This document shows positions 25,660 through 56,470 of a DNA stretch of 64,000 bases, one piece after another; the stretch's first letter is position 1; each line of letters begins with the position of its first letter. Source of the stretch: Microbotryum violaceum (taxonomy: Eukaryota); NCBI GenBank assembly GCA_001244265.2, contig CDLV01000005.1:1612001-1676000 (forward strand), in the 5' to 3' direction. Below the pieces are notes generated by a model. The model saw nothing but the letters and a program-made list of their open reading frames with translations. It was not told the origin of the DNA and did no database searches. Both the position numbers and the translations under genes were made by a program.

Positions 25660-26636
25660 GATTGCTGTCAAGCACGTCCTACGCTACCTCCGAGCCACTT
25701 ATCGCGACGAGCTTCTCTACACTCGTGGTAAGACGGACATCAAGGGCGTGGTAGGTTACTCCGATGCCAACTGGGTGCCTGCGTCAACACATCGGTCTCC
25801 ACCATGGGTTTTGTCTTCTACATTGCCGGCTCCGCTGTGTCCTGGTCCTCCAAGCGTCAATCGCGGGTCGCCGACTCTACCACCGACGCGGAATACCTCG
25901 CTCTCTCGCATGCTGGCAAGGAAGGGATCTACCTCAGTCAGCTGCTTGAGGAGCTCCATGTCCAGTCCGGTATCCCCACTCACATCTACACTGACAACGA
26001 AGCTGCTGCCGCCGTCGCACGAGACCCTGTCTGCGCATCCGGGACTCGACATATCCGTCTGCGTGAGCACTTCGTTCGGGACATGGTGAATCGGGGTGAG
26101 ATTTCTCTTTTGCACGTGGGGACAAGCAACATGGTGGCCGACATTTTTACCAAGGCACTTGGCCCGAAGATTTTTTCCATGCATTGCTATGCTCTCGGCT
26201 TGCGCACTCGACATCCACGGCTTGGGTCTGCCTCGCATTCGCGTGGGGGGGGGTGTGACAAGTCTACTCTCAGCTCGGCAGAGGCGCCTCGGTCGGTGCG
26301 CGCACCCGCTAGCCCGCCCCCTGCGCTGGGGACTTAGACGCGCGCGACTGACTCAGCGCGCCAGCGCCGGGTGGATCCGTGCGCGTGCCCACTAGGCCGC
26401 CCCCTTGCGGTGGGGACTTAGGCGCGCGCGACTGCCTTAGCGCGCTAGCAACTTCACCCGCGACTGGGCCTATCCCAGCGCGGGTCCCCTTTCTATTTCT
26501 TAGCTTCCCTCTCACCACTTCTGTTCAACAATCGACCTCTCCTGACAGTAGTGGTGATTGTCTCATAGGTATGCTGAAATAGACCACTTCTGTTCAACAA
26601 TCGACCTCTCCTGACAGTAGTGGTGATTGTCTCATA

Positions 26637-26897
26637 GGTCGCGCCCGAACTTCGCTCTAAACTCGACCCGAAAGCGGTTCGCGTTCTGTTCACCGGCTAC
26701 AACTTGGCTTCCAAAGCCTTCCGCTTCTACGACACTACAACAAAGAAGGTCACCCTGGGCAGAAATGCCACCTTCCTCGACACCAAATTCCCCGGGTTAT
26801 GTGGCGACTCCGCCGATCCAGACGATGACACGCACTTCGCCAGCGCTCCCTTTGCCGACCCTCAAACCGCCATCAAGTCATGGACCCCACTAGTAAG
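26637..26897 (+). mobile_element. Family B internal fragment (integrase C-terminal region)
   Basis: Encodes ..[41 protein letters not shown].. as in B1/B2. Confidence 0.88.
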
Positions 26898-27492
26898 TGT
26901 GAGAGTTACAACTCTCTGTACTTCCTTCTCACATCATCTCCCTCTTTCTGTCTTGTCCTCTCTGTGATTTTTGGCCTGTCCTTCACCCTGCTCTATCATC
27001 ACTGGGCTTGGTCTGTGCACTTGCATCAAGTGCACGGACCTAGTCACTCTCTGCCTGGCTCCCCTTGCCTCTTGGCTGGGTCCGTGCGCTTGGCACTGGG
27101 GCACGGACCTGGTTGCGCACTTGCCCCAGCCAACTGGTTCCGCGCTTCTCACTCTCCTGCTCAAGCAACTTCATTGGTCTGGTCTCCCTGGTCCGTCGAT
27201 CAGAGACTCACCACCGCTTGAGCAGGTGAGCACTACACTTTCTAGTTCCTCTCTCCCTTCCATAGCCATGGTAACTTACTGTAGCACTTGAGCAGGTGTG
27301 TAATCCCAAGCAACTTCATTGGTCTGGTCTCCCTGGTCCGTCGATCAGAGACTCACCACCGCTTGAGCAGTTGTGTGGTTCATAGGTTATAAGCCACAAC
27401 AAGCTACCAGCACGGTCACCTCCGTGCCCGCCCTCGTCGTCGTTTTTTTTTTTTTCGCGCTTCGCACGACTCAGCCTCGCCCTGCACCCTGC

Positions 27493-27690
27493 ACGCCTGG
27501 CATGTCCGACGACGCCAAGTCCTTAACGCCTGGCATGTCCGACGACGCCAAGTCCTTAACGCCTGGCATGTCCGACGACGCCAAGTCCTTAACGCCTGGC
27601 ATGTCCGACGACGCCAAGTCCTTAACGCCTGGCATGTCCGACGACGCCAAGTCCTTAACGCCTGGCATGTCCGACGACGCCAAGTCCTTA
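27493..27690 (+). repeat. 33-bp coding minisatellite x6 (TPGMSDDAKSL) at the gag start
   Basis: Unit acgcctggcatgtccgacgacgccaagtcctta; 2 copies in A1 (3040-3105), 1 diverged copy in A2. Confidence 0.95.
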
Positions 27691-28602
27691 ACGCTTGCGG
27701 TCCCCCACCGCGCCCTCCCACACAGGTCGCAGCCTTCGCTGTTTCCGACCTTCTGCGCGACACCAACGGCTATCAAGACTGGGTCCTGACGCTATGCTCC
27801 CGTCTGCCCTCCAACGTTATCGACTACCTTCAGTCTGGCGTCCCTTCGTCGTCCTGGCCGCCATCTTACGTTTCATTATGGGATCACTACGCCCGCGCCT
27901 CGATCTGCGCCGCCGTCGACCCTCGGATGGTTCTTCCCGGCCTCTCGCAATACTTCGGCGACCCTCGCAGCGGTCACAAGATTTGGGTAGCTCTGCGCAT
28001 GCGATATGGCGCTGTTTCGGCGGTCGATCTTCTCCCTGTCATCTCTCGACTCTTCAGTCCCGACCCTATGCCCGACACCGTCGACGAGTTCCTTCAGTTT
28101 CGCGACCGATTCGAGAACGACTCCCGCCTCCTCGACGACTCAAAGGTGACGACGGACTCCCTACTAGCGTCACACTTGCTCGCCCGGATGCCCTCCTCCC
28201 TCTCCGCCTGGCGCACTACGTTTGTCAATTCTCAGGGCACATCCCGTACACTGCCCCCTGCCGCCGAGATCCTCGACCGTATCTACCGCGAGATCAAGGC
28301 TCGTCCGGTCGACTCCCCCGTTGCCGCCACTACCACCTCTCAGCAACGCGTTCCCCATAGCCCTTGCCCCAACCCTCTTGCCGAAAGATGCACTGGCTTC
28401 GGGACTGTCCCGACACCGCCTGGGCCGCCGCCTTCCGCGCCCGCAAGGCTGCCGCCGGAGCGACTTCGCGAAATCACAAGAAGGGTTCCCGCGCCGTCGC
28501 CTCTCCTGCCGTCACCTCCCCTGCCGTCGACGAGACGTCAGAACCCGCCACCTTCACAGCGTGCCTCCTCGCCACCCGTCTTCCTTTCCTAAGTCGGCTT
28601 GG

Positions 28603-33917
<5,315 letters not shown>

Positions 33918-35974
33918 CTTGGCTCCTCGACTCCGGCGCTAATCGCCACATGGCCAACGACAGCCAGCTCTTCTCCACCCTCCGGCCGTTCGCCGGCCCG
34001 CACGTTGCTGGAGTTGCCGGTTCTCTTCCGTCCACCGGTTGTGGCTCCGTCTGCCTCTCGACGTCAGCTGGCCCCGTTGTAGCGACCGACGTCCTCTTGG
34101 TACCTTCGCTCCCGTGCAACTTATTATCGGTCCGCCGTCTGGATCGACTCGGTTTCACCACCTCCTTCGGTTCCGGCCGCGCCACGATCCGCAACTCCTC
34201 AGGCACCGTCGTCGCCACGGCACAAGCAATCGCAAATGACCTATACGCGTTAACCGTCGCACCCTCACCCTGTATGCCAAATGCCCTCCTAGCCACCCCT
34301 CACAGAGTTTCCTTACTGACTATGCACCGTCGCTTTGCGCATTTACCCGTCGCGCAACTCAAGAGCGTCGTGCAGAAAGGTTTGGTCACTGGGGTGGATT
34401 GGGTATATTCAGAGGAAGAGGTTAGGTCTTTCAATTGCAATGCTTGTCTCGCTTCCAAAGCGCATGCCCTCCCTTTTGCTCGTTCCAAGTCCATTGCATC
34501 CGGTCGCCTGGACCTCGTCCACGTCGACGTCGCCCAAATGCCTCGGGCCAGCTTCGGCGGTCATCGCTACATGCTTGTGATTGTCGACGACTACACCCGC
34601 AAACATTGGTGCATCCTCCTCACTCACAAAAGTGACGTCTTTCACCGTCTCCGCGCCTGGATTCTTGAGGTAGAGAACGTCACGGGTGACCGGGTAAAGA
34701 CTATTCGCTCCGACAATGGTGGCGAGTTCACTCTTCGGAACTTTGTCGATTTCTGTGTGGCCAAGGGTATACGTCGCGAGCTCACTATTCCGTACACCCC
34801 TCAACAAAACGGACGTGTTGAACGCACCAACCGCACCATCAAAGAGGGTATCCTTGCTTTACTCTACTCGGCAGGTGCTGACACGCGCCTCTGGGCTGAG
34901 GCCGCCACGTACTTCGTACACTGCAAGAACTTGATGCCGCACGCAGGCATTCGCGGTGATATCCCTGACACTCGTTGGTATGGCATTGCACCGGATGTAT
35001 CCTCATTACGTGCCTTCGGTTGTCGTGCGTGGCACTACCTTCCCTCGGTTAAGCGCACCGCCCTCGATCCAAGGCTGTGCCGCTCATGTTCGTAGGGCTC
35101 GACGACCACGCGAAGGCGTATCGCCTATTCGACCCGGCTACACGCAAAATCCTCCTCAGTCGCAACGTCGTCTTTCGTGAATCCGAGTTCCCTGCCTTGC
35201 AGAGCGTGGTCGACACCCACACTGGCACCACTCCACTTCCTGTGGCCGCCGACATTCACCCCGACCAGGTAGACCACTCTGAGCCGTCGCTCATTGCTTC
35301 CCCTCACTCTCTTGCGCCTCGTGCCGAGCCCCCAGGACCCGCGCCCGCTGCCTTTGACCAAGGCCCGCGCCGTCCACTCCCCGCCCGCGTCCTCCCTGAC
35401 CAGGACTCACGCGCGCGCCCTGCCTCTGACCAAGGCTCTCCTGCCTCCGACCAAGGCTCTCTTCCTGCCTCTGACCAAGGCTCCCTCATCAACCGTACGG
35501 GTGGCCTCCCTGACCAGGACTCCCCCGACACCCACGCCTCTGACCAGGGCAGCTCCGACTCGGCAATCTCCACACCTTGTCCATCCCTCGACCGGTGGTG
35601 CCACGTCCGTTGCCCGCGCCGTCCTCGCCCGCTCGATCCGAGTCCCCCGACCCTATCGACCTCTTGCCACGCTCGGGCGATATCGCTTCCGTCTGTCTCG
35701 CACCTGAATTCCCCGACGACCTGGACGACGCCCTCCACTCGCCTCCACCTGTCGCCCACCTTGCCTCCGGTGTCGTCGCCTTGCTCAACACCGCGCCTAC
35801 GGACTCGACGGAACTGATCGCGCCCGCCCGGGATCCCCCTCACTGGCGTGCTGCCATGGCAACCCCTCAAGCTGACGAGTGGCGTCTAGCTGCCCAGGCC
35901 GAATTCGACTCACTTTCTCGCGATTTCTCCGCTTTCACACCAATTGATGAGTCCCTCGTGCCTGCAGATGCTAG

Positions 35975-36480
35975 TGTGATGTTGTCACACCTGCTCAAGC
36001 GGTGGTAAGTCTCTGATCGAAGGACCGAGGGAGACCAGACCAAGAAGTTGCTTTTTACACACCTGCTCAAGCGGTGGTAAGTCTCTGATCAAAGGACCGA
36101 GGGAGACCAGACCAAGAAGTTGCTTTTTACACACCTGCTCAAGCACTACAGTAAGTTACCACATCTAGAGGGGTGAAAGATGATAGGAAGAGTAGTGCTC
36201 ACCTGCTCAAGCGGTGGTAAGTCTCTGATCGAAGGACCGAGGGAGACCAGACCAAGAAGTTGCTTGAGCAGCAGCGAAACCAGAGTGGGGCCATTTGGCT
36301 GGGCCCAAGTCAGCCCAGCCAAAGTCAGGCGCACGGACCTGGCCCAGGTGCAGAGACCAGGCCCAGAGTGGAGAGCTAAGGTGGTGAAAAGTAGGCCAAA
36401 AGTGATCAAAACGAAGAGAGGAGGATGTTGAGGTAGGTACAAGATACAAGAAGGACATGAAGGAGATATTTGATCTCACA
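35975..36480 (-). repeat. Solo LTR related to family A (TG...CA), with three copies of the U5 unit and the GTGAGC..CAG intron-like segment; no TSD
   Basis: On -: tgtgagatc...acatcaca; unit ..gatcagagacttaccaccgcttgagcag x3; flanks gctag and aggcg belong to different elements (A3 and C1). Confidence 0.85.
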
Positions 36481-36653
36481 AGGCGCACAGAGCGAGGCTG
36501 GGACTTAGGCGCGCGGAGCGAGCCTGGGCCATTGGCTCACCCCCGAGGCTCGCTGGCTGTGGACTTGGCGCGCGTGGCTCTTTTGTTGTTAGCTTCCCAT
36601 TCATCACTCTTGGCTATAACTACACCGCTGACGTAGTAGAGTTGATCGAATAG

Positions 36654-36722
36654 GTATGTTGAAATGGATTCATCACTCTTGGCTATAACTACACCGCTGA
36701 CGTAGTAGAGTTGATCGAATAG
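36654..36722 (+). other. Predicted 69-nt spliceosomal intron at the U5/PBS junction of the C1 5' LTR
   Basis: TAG|GTATGT donor, GCTGAC branch motif 36696-36701, TAG acceptor completed by PBS G 36722; identical 55-bp units 36599-36653 and 36668-36722. Confidence 0.8.
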
Positions 36723-36820
36723 GTTATAAGCCCACGAGCTACCAGCCCCGCCGCTTGCGTTTTTTTTTTTCACTCGAGCCCAGCCACTCGAGCCGCACAC
36801 GTCCATTGCACCATCACATC

Positions 36821-39800
36821 ATGGACAGCTCTCCCGCCTCGCCTTTGGCCCCCAGGGATCCCAGCTCCCCTGAATCTTCGATCGGCGAACAAATCGCCAC
36901 TCTACAGGCCCAGCTTGCCGCTCTGCAGGCCTCGCAACCGCCGCCGCCGCCACCCCGGCCGTCACCGCCGTGCCGGGGAACGCCGCCACCGCATCCAAGG
37001 TCGTGTTTCCCAAGCACGCTCGTCTGGACGGCCCCAAGTCGTTCACCAACTGGTTGCGTCAACTCCGTCTTGCGCTTCCCAACCAGGTTCGCGGTTACGT
37101 TCTCGACGGTGTCATGCCCCCGACCTGGACCGCCGACCAGCTTGCCGCCCGTGACGACGCCGCCCGGGAAATCATCGTTGGCTCGATCGACTCCGCCGAC
37201 GTATCGGCCACCCTCGACGCCATCCCCAGCGACGACCTGTCGGCACCGCGCATCTTTGCCGCTCTCAAGGCTCGTTTTGCACCGGACGACGCTACATGCA
37301 CTCTCGAGTTGTTCGCTCGCCTTTGGGACTTCAGGACGATGCCTGCCTCCGTCGAGGCCTACGACACTTGGCTACGCGAGTACATGTCGATTGCTCAGGA
37401 AATACGCGACGCCAAAACATCGCTCAACGACGTGCTCGCCACCCACGTGCTCGCCATGGTCCCGTCTTGCCTCGACAGCTTCCGACTCACGTTCACGGAC
37501 GAGCAGCGAAACCGACGCGACCTTCCCGAACTCACGACACTTACGGACCGCATTCGCATCCAGCTTCGTTCGGCAGGACTCTCGACCTTGCATTCGGCCA
37601 TGCTTGCCACCAGCTCCCCCTGCCCCGCCTGCCGCGCTCCCGGTCACCGCCTGCGCAACTGCACTTCACGTGCGAAGCACCCGCCCACCGGCCCCTGCCG
37701 CCGATGCCAAAAGAAAGGTCACTGGGCACTTGACTGCAAGAACCGGGGTGAACAGGCACGTCGCAGCGACGACACCCAGGACGACACGTCTTCCTCCGCG
37801 GCTTTGCAACCGAACGTCGGCTATTTCGCCTCCTGCCTGTTCGCTCGTCGCCAACTCCCAACTGACGCCTTTGTAGTCGATTCGGGCGCCACGACACACA
37901 TGGTCGCCGACCGATCTCTGTTCACGACTTATCGTCAGACGGCACACACCAAGATCGGCGGCATCGCGGGTGGCATCACGGCTATCGGCGTGGGGGACGT
38001 GGCATTCGTCGCCAAGACTGGACACCCGATCACACTCCGTGGCGTTCTCCACACGCCTGGCCTCCACGTCAACCTCCTCTCTGTCGCTCGCCTCTGCAAC
38101 ACCGACCGGGTTCGCCTCGCCTTCACCAGCGACGGCATCGACATCACCAAGGACGGCCAGGCCATCGCTCACGGTACCAGGGTCAACGATGGTCTTTACC
38201 TTTTGGACGCGGATCACACCAAGTGTCAGCATCTTGCCTTTCTCTCACGCTCTGAGTCCCCCGTGCCCCTGCTTACCCTACACCGCTGCCTCGGCCATCT
38301 TGCCCCATCCTCTATACAGAAGATGATTGCTGCAGGTTTGCTGGACGGGTTTGGGGCCGGGTACAGTGACAAAGACGTGGAAGAGTTTGTTTGCAATGCT
38401 TGCCTTGGTTCCAAAGGCCACCGTCTCCCTTTTCCTGACTCTGAGTCGCATTCCCCCGAGAGACTTGGCCTCGTGCACAGCGATGTCCTGTCGTTTCCCA
38501 CTCCGTCCTTGACCGGGAAGCGCTACCTTGTCACATTCCTCGACGACCACTCTCGCAAACTCTGGGCATATGCGATCGATCACAAGAGCGACGTCTTCCC
38601 GATCTTCCAGACTTGGCTCGCCGAAGTGGAGTTAGCGACGAACGCGCGTTTGAGAATCCTTCGAACCGACAATGGCGGGGAGTATCGATCAAACGCATTT
38701 ACGGAGTTCTGCAAGTCCAAGGGCATACGTCGCCAATATTCTATCCCTTACACGCCTCAGCAAAACGGTCGCGCTGAACGTGTCAACCTCTCCATCGTCG
38801 AGGGCGTCCTCGCTCTCCTTGCGGACGCCCGTCTGCCGGCCACCTTTTGGGATGAAGCGGCTGCGTATTTCGTTTATTGCAAAAACAGATGCTCACACTC
38901 AGCTTTGGCCAAACAGACTCCAGAATTCGTTTGGAACGGCCAACGCACCACCGCCACCGCCCTCCACCCGTTCGGCTGCACAGCCTGGCTCACGGTCGCC
39001 CCGGACCATCGCAGCAAGCTCGACCCCAAGGCCGCGCGCGTGATCTTCACAGGTTACGACCTCGCCTCCAAAGCTTTCCGTTTCTTTGACCATTCCATCA
39101 ATAAGATTGTGCTTGGTCGCAATGCCACCTTCCTCGACAACGACTTCCCCGGCCTGCCAGTCACCACGCCCGTCGATGCGGACGACACCGACCGTCAGTT
39201 CGTCGTTCCCGCCGACACGCCCGCCCCTGCCGTCAAGACGAGGACCCCACTAGTAAGGTCGGCGCACATGGACGTCTCATCCTCCCTTGATGATTCTGCC
39301 ATGAGCGCCGTTGACGTGGCCCAGGGTACACTGGCGGATCCTTACTTAACTCTACAGACACTCGCTCTTCGTCGTCTCCATCGCTTTCCCCATTTTCGTC
39401 GCCGGCCACGTCCTCGGCCAGGGATCCGTCCCTCAACGACTCGGATGACCCGCTTGATCTCCTCAGCTCCAACACCGCGGTTCGCCTCAACCTGATGGAC
39501 GTGCATCGATCCGACGACGACACACCAGAGACGCAGGCACCAGCCGTTGACCCCGTTGGGCAGCCCTCCGATGACGACTCCCCCAATGAGATTGATTTCC
39601 TCTCTCGTCACCACCGCGCTTTCATCGCCACAGACGACGACGACCCCACCCTCGACGCCATCGAGCCCGTCAAATCGATCACTAGCGACCCCCAAACCTG
39701 GCGCGAAGCAATGTCCAGCGACGAGCACAACATCTGGGCTGAGGCTGCCGCCACCGAGTTCACCGCCATGCGCGACGACTTCAAGGTGTTCACCATCGAG

Positions 39801-41420
39801 CCTCGCTCATCCGTACCGCCGGGCGCCACCATCGTCACCTCCAAATTCGTCTGGAAGACCAAGCGCAACGCCAGCGGTGAAGTCACGGGGCGGAAGGCAC
39901 GTCTTGTAGCGCAGGGTAACCGACAGCGCAATGGCATCGACTTCTCAGAAACCTTCGCACCCGTCGCCCGCTTCTCCTCCATTCGCTGCCTCTTGGCTCT
40001 TGCCGCTGCCAACGGCTACCACGTTCATCAGGCCGACATCGACAAGGCTTACCTACACGGCGAGCTCGATCATGATATCTGGATGACGACACCACGAGGT
40101 TTCGACTTCCCAAGCGATAAGGTTCTCCGGCTGCGACGTTCAATCTACGGTCTCAAGCAGGCCGGTCGCATCTGGAATCGTCACATTGACACATCACTCA
40201 GGAATCTCGGGTACAAGGCAACAGGCACTGATCACTGCATTTACTCTCGCATTGACGATCAGCAGCGGCCTCACTATATCGCCTTGTATGTCGACGACCT
40301 CCTCATTGTCAGTCCCCACCTCGACGAGATCGAACGTGTCATCTGCGGCCTTGAACAGCGATACGGCGTTAAACGACTCGGCCCGGCGGAGTACATCCTC
40401 GGAATCCAAATCCGCCGCCTGGACGACGGCTCCATTGCTCTATCCCAGGAGCGCTACATCATGGACGTGCTAGCCCGTTTCCACTTTGACACCACGACAC
40501 GCGGCACTACGGTGCCGATGACGCCCGGCCTCTCGCTCACGGCAATTCCGGGTCAGGGAACGGAGCGCATTCGTTCGTGGTACCTACAGGCCATCGGCTC
40601 CCTCCTTTACATCTCCCTCGGCACTCGACCCGACATTGCCTTCGCCGTCTCGTACCTGTCCCGGTTCGCCAACAACCCCGGCCGCCGCCATTGGATTGCC
40701 GTCAAACACGTCCTTCGCTACCTTTGCGCCACGTACCGCGATGAGCTTCTCTATGCCCGCGGCCCAGCAAAAGTCACGGGTGTGGTTGGTTATTCTGATG
40801 CGAACTGGGGCGCCTGCGTCGACACATCCATCTCAACGATGGGCTACGTATTTTACTTGGCAGGCGCCGCCGTCTCTTGGTCGTCGAAGCGTCAGACTCG
40901 GGTAGCAGATTCCACCACTGATGCCGAGTACCTGGCCTTGTTGCACGCGGGTAAGGAAGCGATCTACCTTACCCAACTCCTCTCCGAGCTCCACGTTTCA
41001 CCAATCGCTGCAGCTCACATCTTCACCGACAACAAGGCCGCGGCCGCCGTCGCTCACGACCCCGTTTGCACCTCCGGCACCCGGCACATTCGCCTCCGCG
41101 AGCATTTTGTCCGTGACATGGTCAATCGAGGTGATATCTCTCTCTCACACGTTGGCACAGCAGACATGGTTGCGGACGTATTCACCAAAGCGCTAGGCCC
41201 CAAGATTTTTGGTACACATTGCTTTGCTCTAGGCCTCCGGACGCGACATCCACGGCTCAAGTCTACCTCGCGTTCGCGTGGGGGGGGGTGTGAGGAATCC
41301 ACTCTCTGCTCGGCTCAGGACTTAGGCGCGCGGAGCGAACCGGGCGCGGACTTAGGCGCGCGGAGCGAGCCGGGCGCCCCGGCCCAGGACTTAGGCGCAC
41401 AGAGCGAGGCTGGGACTTAG
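36821..41420 (+). CDS. Near-intact copia Gag-PR-IN-RT-RNaseH polyprotein of C1 (a few single-base frameshifts, possibly sequencing errors)
   Basis: ATG 36821 (MDSSPAS..); ORFs 36970-39495 (two CCHC-type knuckles, [14 protein letters not shown]) and 39495-41420 ([24 protein letters not shown]). Confidence 0.85.
39253..39357 (+). other. Conserved, self-complementary intron-like block in the IN-RT linker
   Basis: GTAAGG...CTTACTTAAC..ACAG; nearly identical at 11188-11291(-), 19449-19554(+), 23585-23690(-), 31000-31105(-), 47513-47618(-) although B and C flanks differ. Confidence 0.6.
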
Positions 41421-41587
41421 GCGCGCGGAGCGAGCCTGGGCCATTGGCTCACCCCTGAGGCTCGCTGGCTGTGGACTTGGCGCGCGTGGCTCTTTTGTTG
41501 TTAGCTTCCTATTCATCACTCTTGGCTATAACTACACCGCTGACGTAGTAGAGTTGATCGAATAGGTATGTTGAAATGGATTCATCA

Positions 41588-50252
<8,665 letters not shown>

Positions 50253-51578
50253 ACCAGGTTCTCCGGCTGTGGCACTTGATCTACGGTCTTAAGCAGGCCG
50301 GTCGCATCTGGAATTGCCACATTGACACATTGCTCAGGAGTCTTGGGTACACGGCAACGGGCACTGATCACTGCATTTACTCTCGCATTGATGATCAGAA
50401 GCAGCCCCATTATATTGCATTATATGTTGACGATCTCCTCGTTGTCAGCCCCGCCCTCAACGAGATTGACTGTGTCATCTCCGGCCTCAAACAGTGATAC
50501 GGCGTCAAACGACTCGGCCCTGCAGAATACATCCTCGGCATCCAGATTCGACGCCTGGAAGACGGCTCCATTGCTTTATCCCAGGAGCGCTACATCATGG
50601 ACGTGCTCGCCCACTTTCACTTCGACACCACAACGCGCGGCGCTACGGTGCCAATGACGCCCGGCCTCTCGCTCACGGCAGTACCGGGTCAGGGAACGGA
50701 ACGCATTTGGTCGTGGTACCTGCAAGCCATCGGCTCCCTCCTATACATTTCACTCAGCACTCACCCGACATTGCCTTTGCCGTCTTGTACCTGTCCCGGT
50801 TCGCCAACAACCCCGGCCGCTGCCATTGGGTCGCCGTCAAACACGTCCTTCGCTACCTTCGCGCTACGTACCGTGATGAGCTACTCTACGCCTGCGGTCC
50901 AGCCAAAATTACAGGGGTGGTTGGCTATTCCGATGCAAACTGGGGTGCCTGCGTTGACACGTCAATCTCCACAATGGGCTTCGTCTTTTACTTGGCCGGC
51001 TCCGCCGTCTCTTGGTCATCGAAGCGTCAGACTCGGGTAGCAGATTCCACCACTGATGCCAAATACCTCGCCTTGTCGCATGCTGGTAAAGAAGCGATTT
51101 ACCTTACACAACTCCTCTCCGAGCTCCACGTTTGCCCGGTCAATGCGGCTCACATTTTCACGGACAATGAGGCCGCGGCCGCCATCGCTCACGACCCCGT
51201 TCACACCTCTGGCACCCGACACATACGCCTCCGCAAGCACTTTGTTCGCGACATGGTCCACCAAGGCGATATCTCCCTCTTACACGTCGGCACAGCGAAC
51301 ATGGTTGCGGACATATTCACCAAGGCGCTAGGTCCCAAGATTTTTGGTGTACATTGCTATGCTCTAGGCCTCCGGACGCGTCACCCACGGCTCAAGTCTA
51401 CCTCGCGTTCGCGTGGGGGGGGGGGGGGGTGTGAGGAATCCACTCTCCGCACGGCTCAGGACTTAGGCGCGCGGATCAAGCCTGGGAAACTTGGGGTGCG
51501 TGGCTCTCACACTGTTAGCTTCCTATTCATCACTCTTGGCTAGAACTACATCGCTGACGTAGTAGAGTTGATCGAATA
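50253..51578 (+). mobile_element. Decayed family C RT-RNaseH fragment (C3) with a short 3' LTR 51430-51578 (single U5 unit)
   Basis: [21 protein letters not shown]; stop at 50495-50497; G-run PPT; LTR tgtgaggaatcc...gatcgaata. Confidence 0.88.

Positions 51579-56470
<4,892 letters not shown>

Noticed and set aside
27493-27690. CRISPR-like array
   Set aside because: Head-to-tail repeats with no spacers, in frame in gag; eukaryotic context.
39253-39357. TPP riboswitch or hairpin ribozyme in the linker block
   Set aside because: No CUGAGA or other TPP motifs; an AGAA/GUC-like loop on - lacks loop B.
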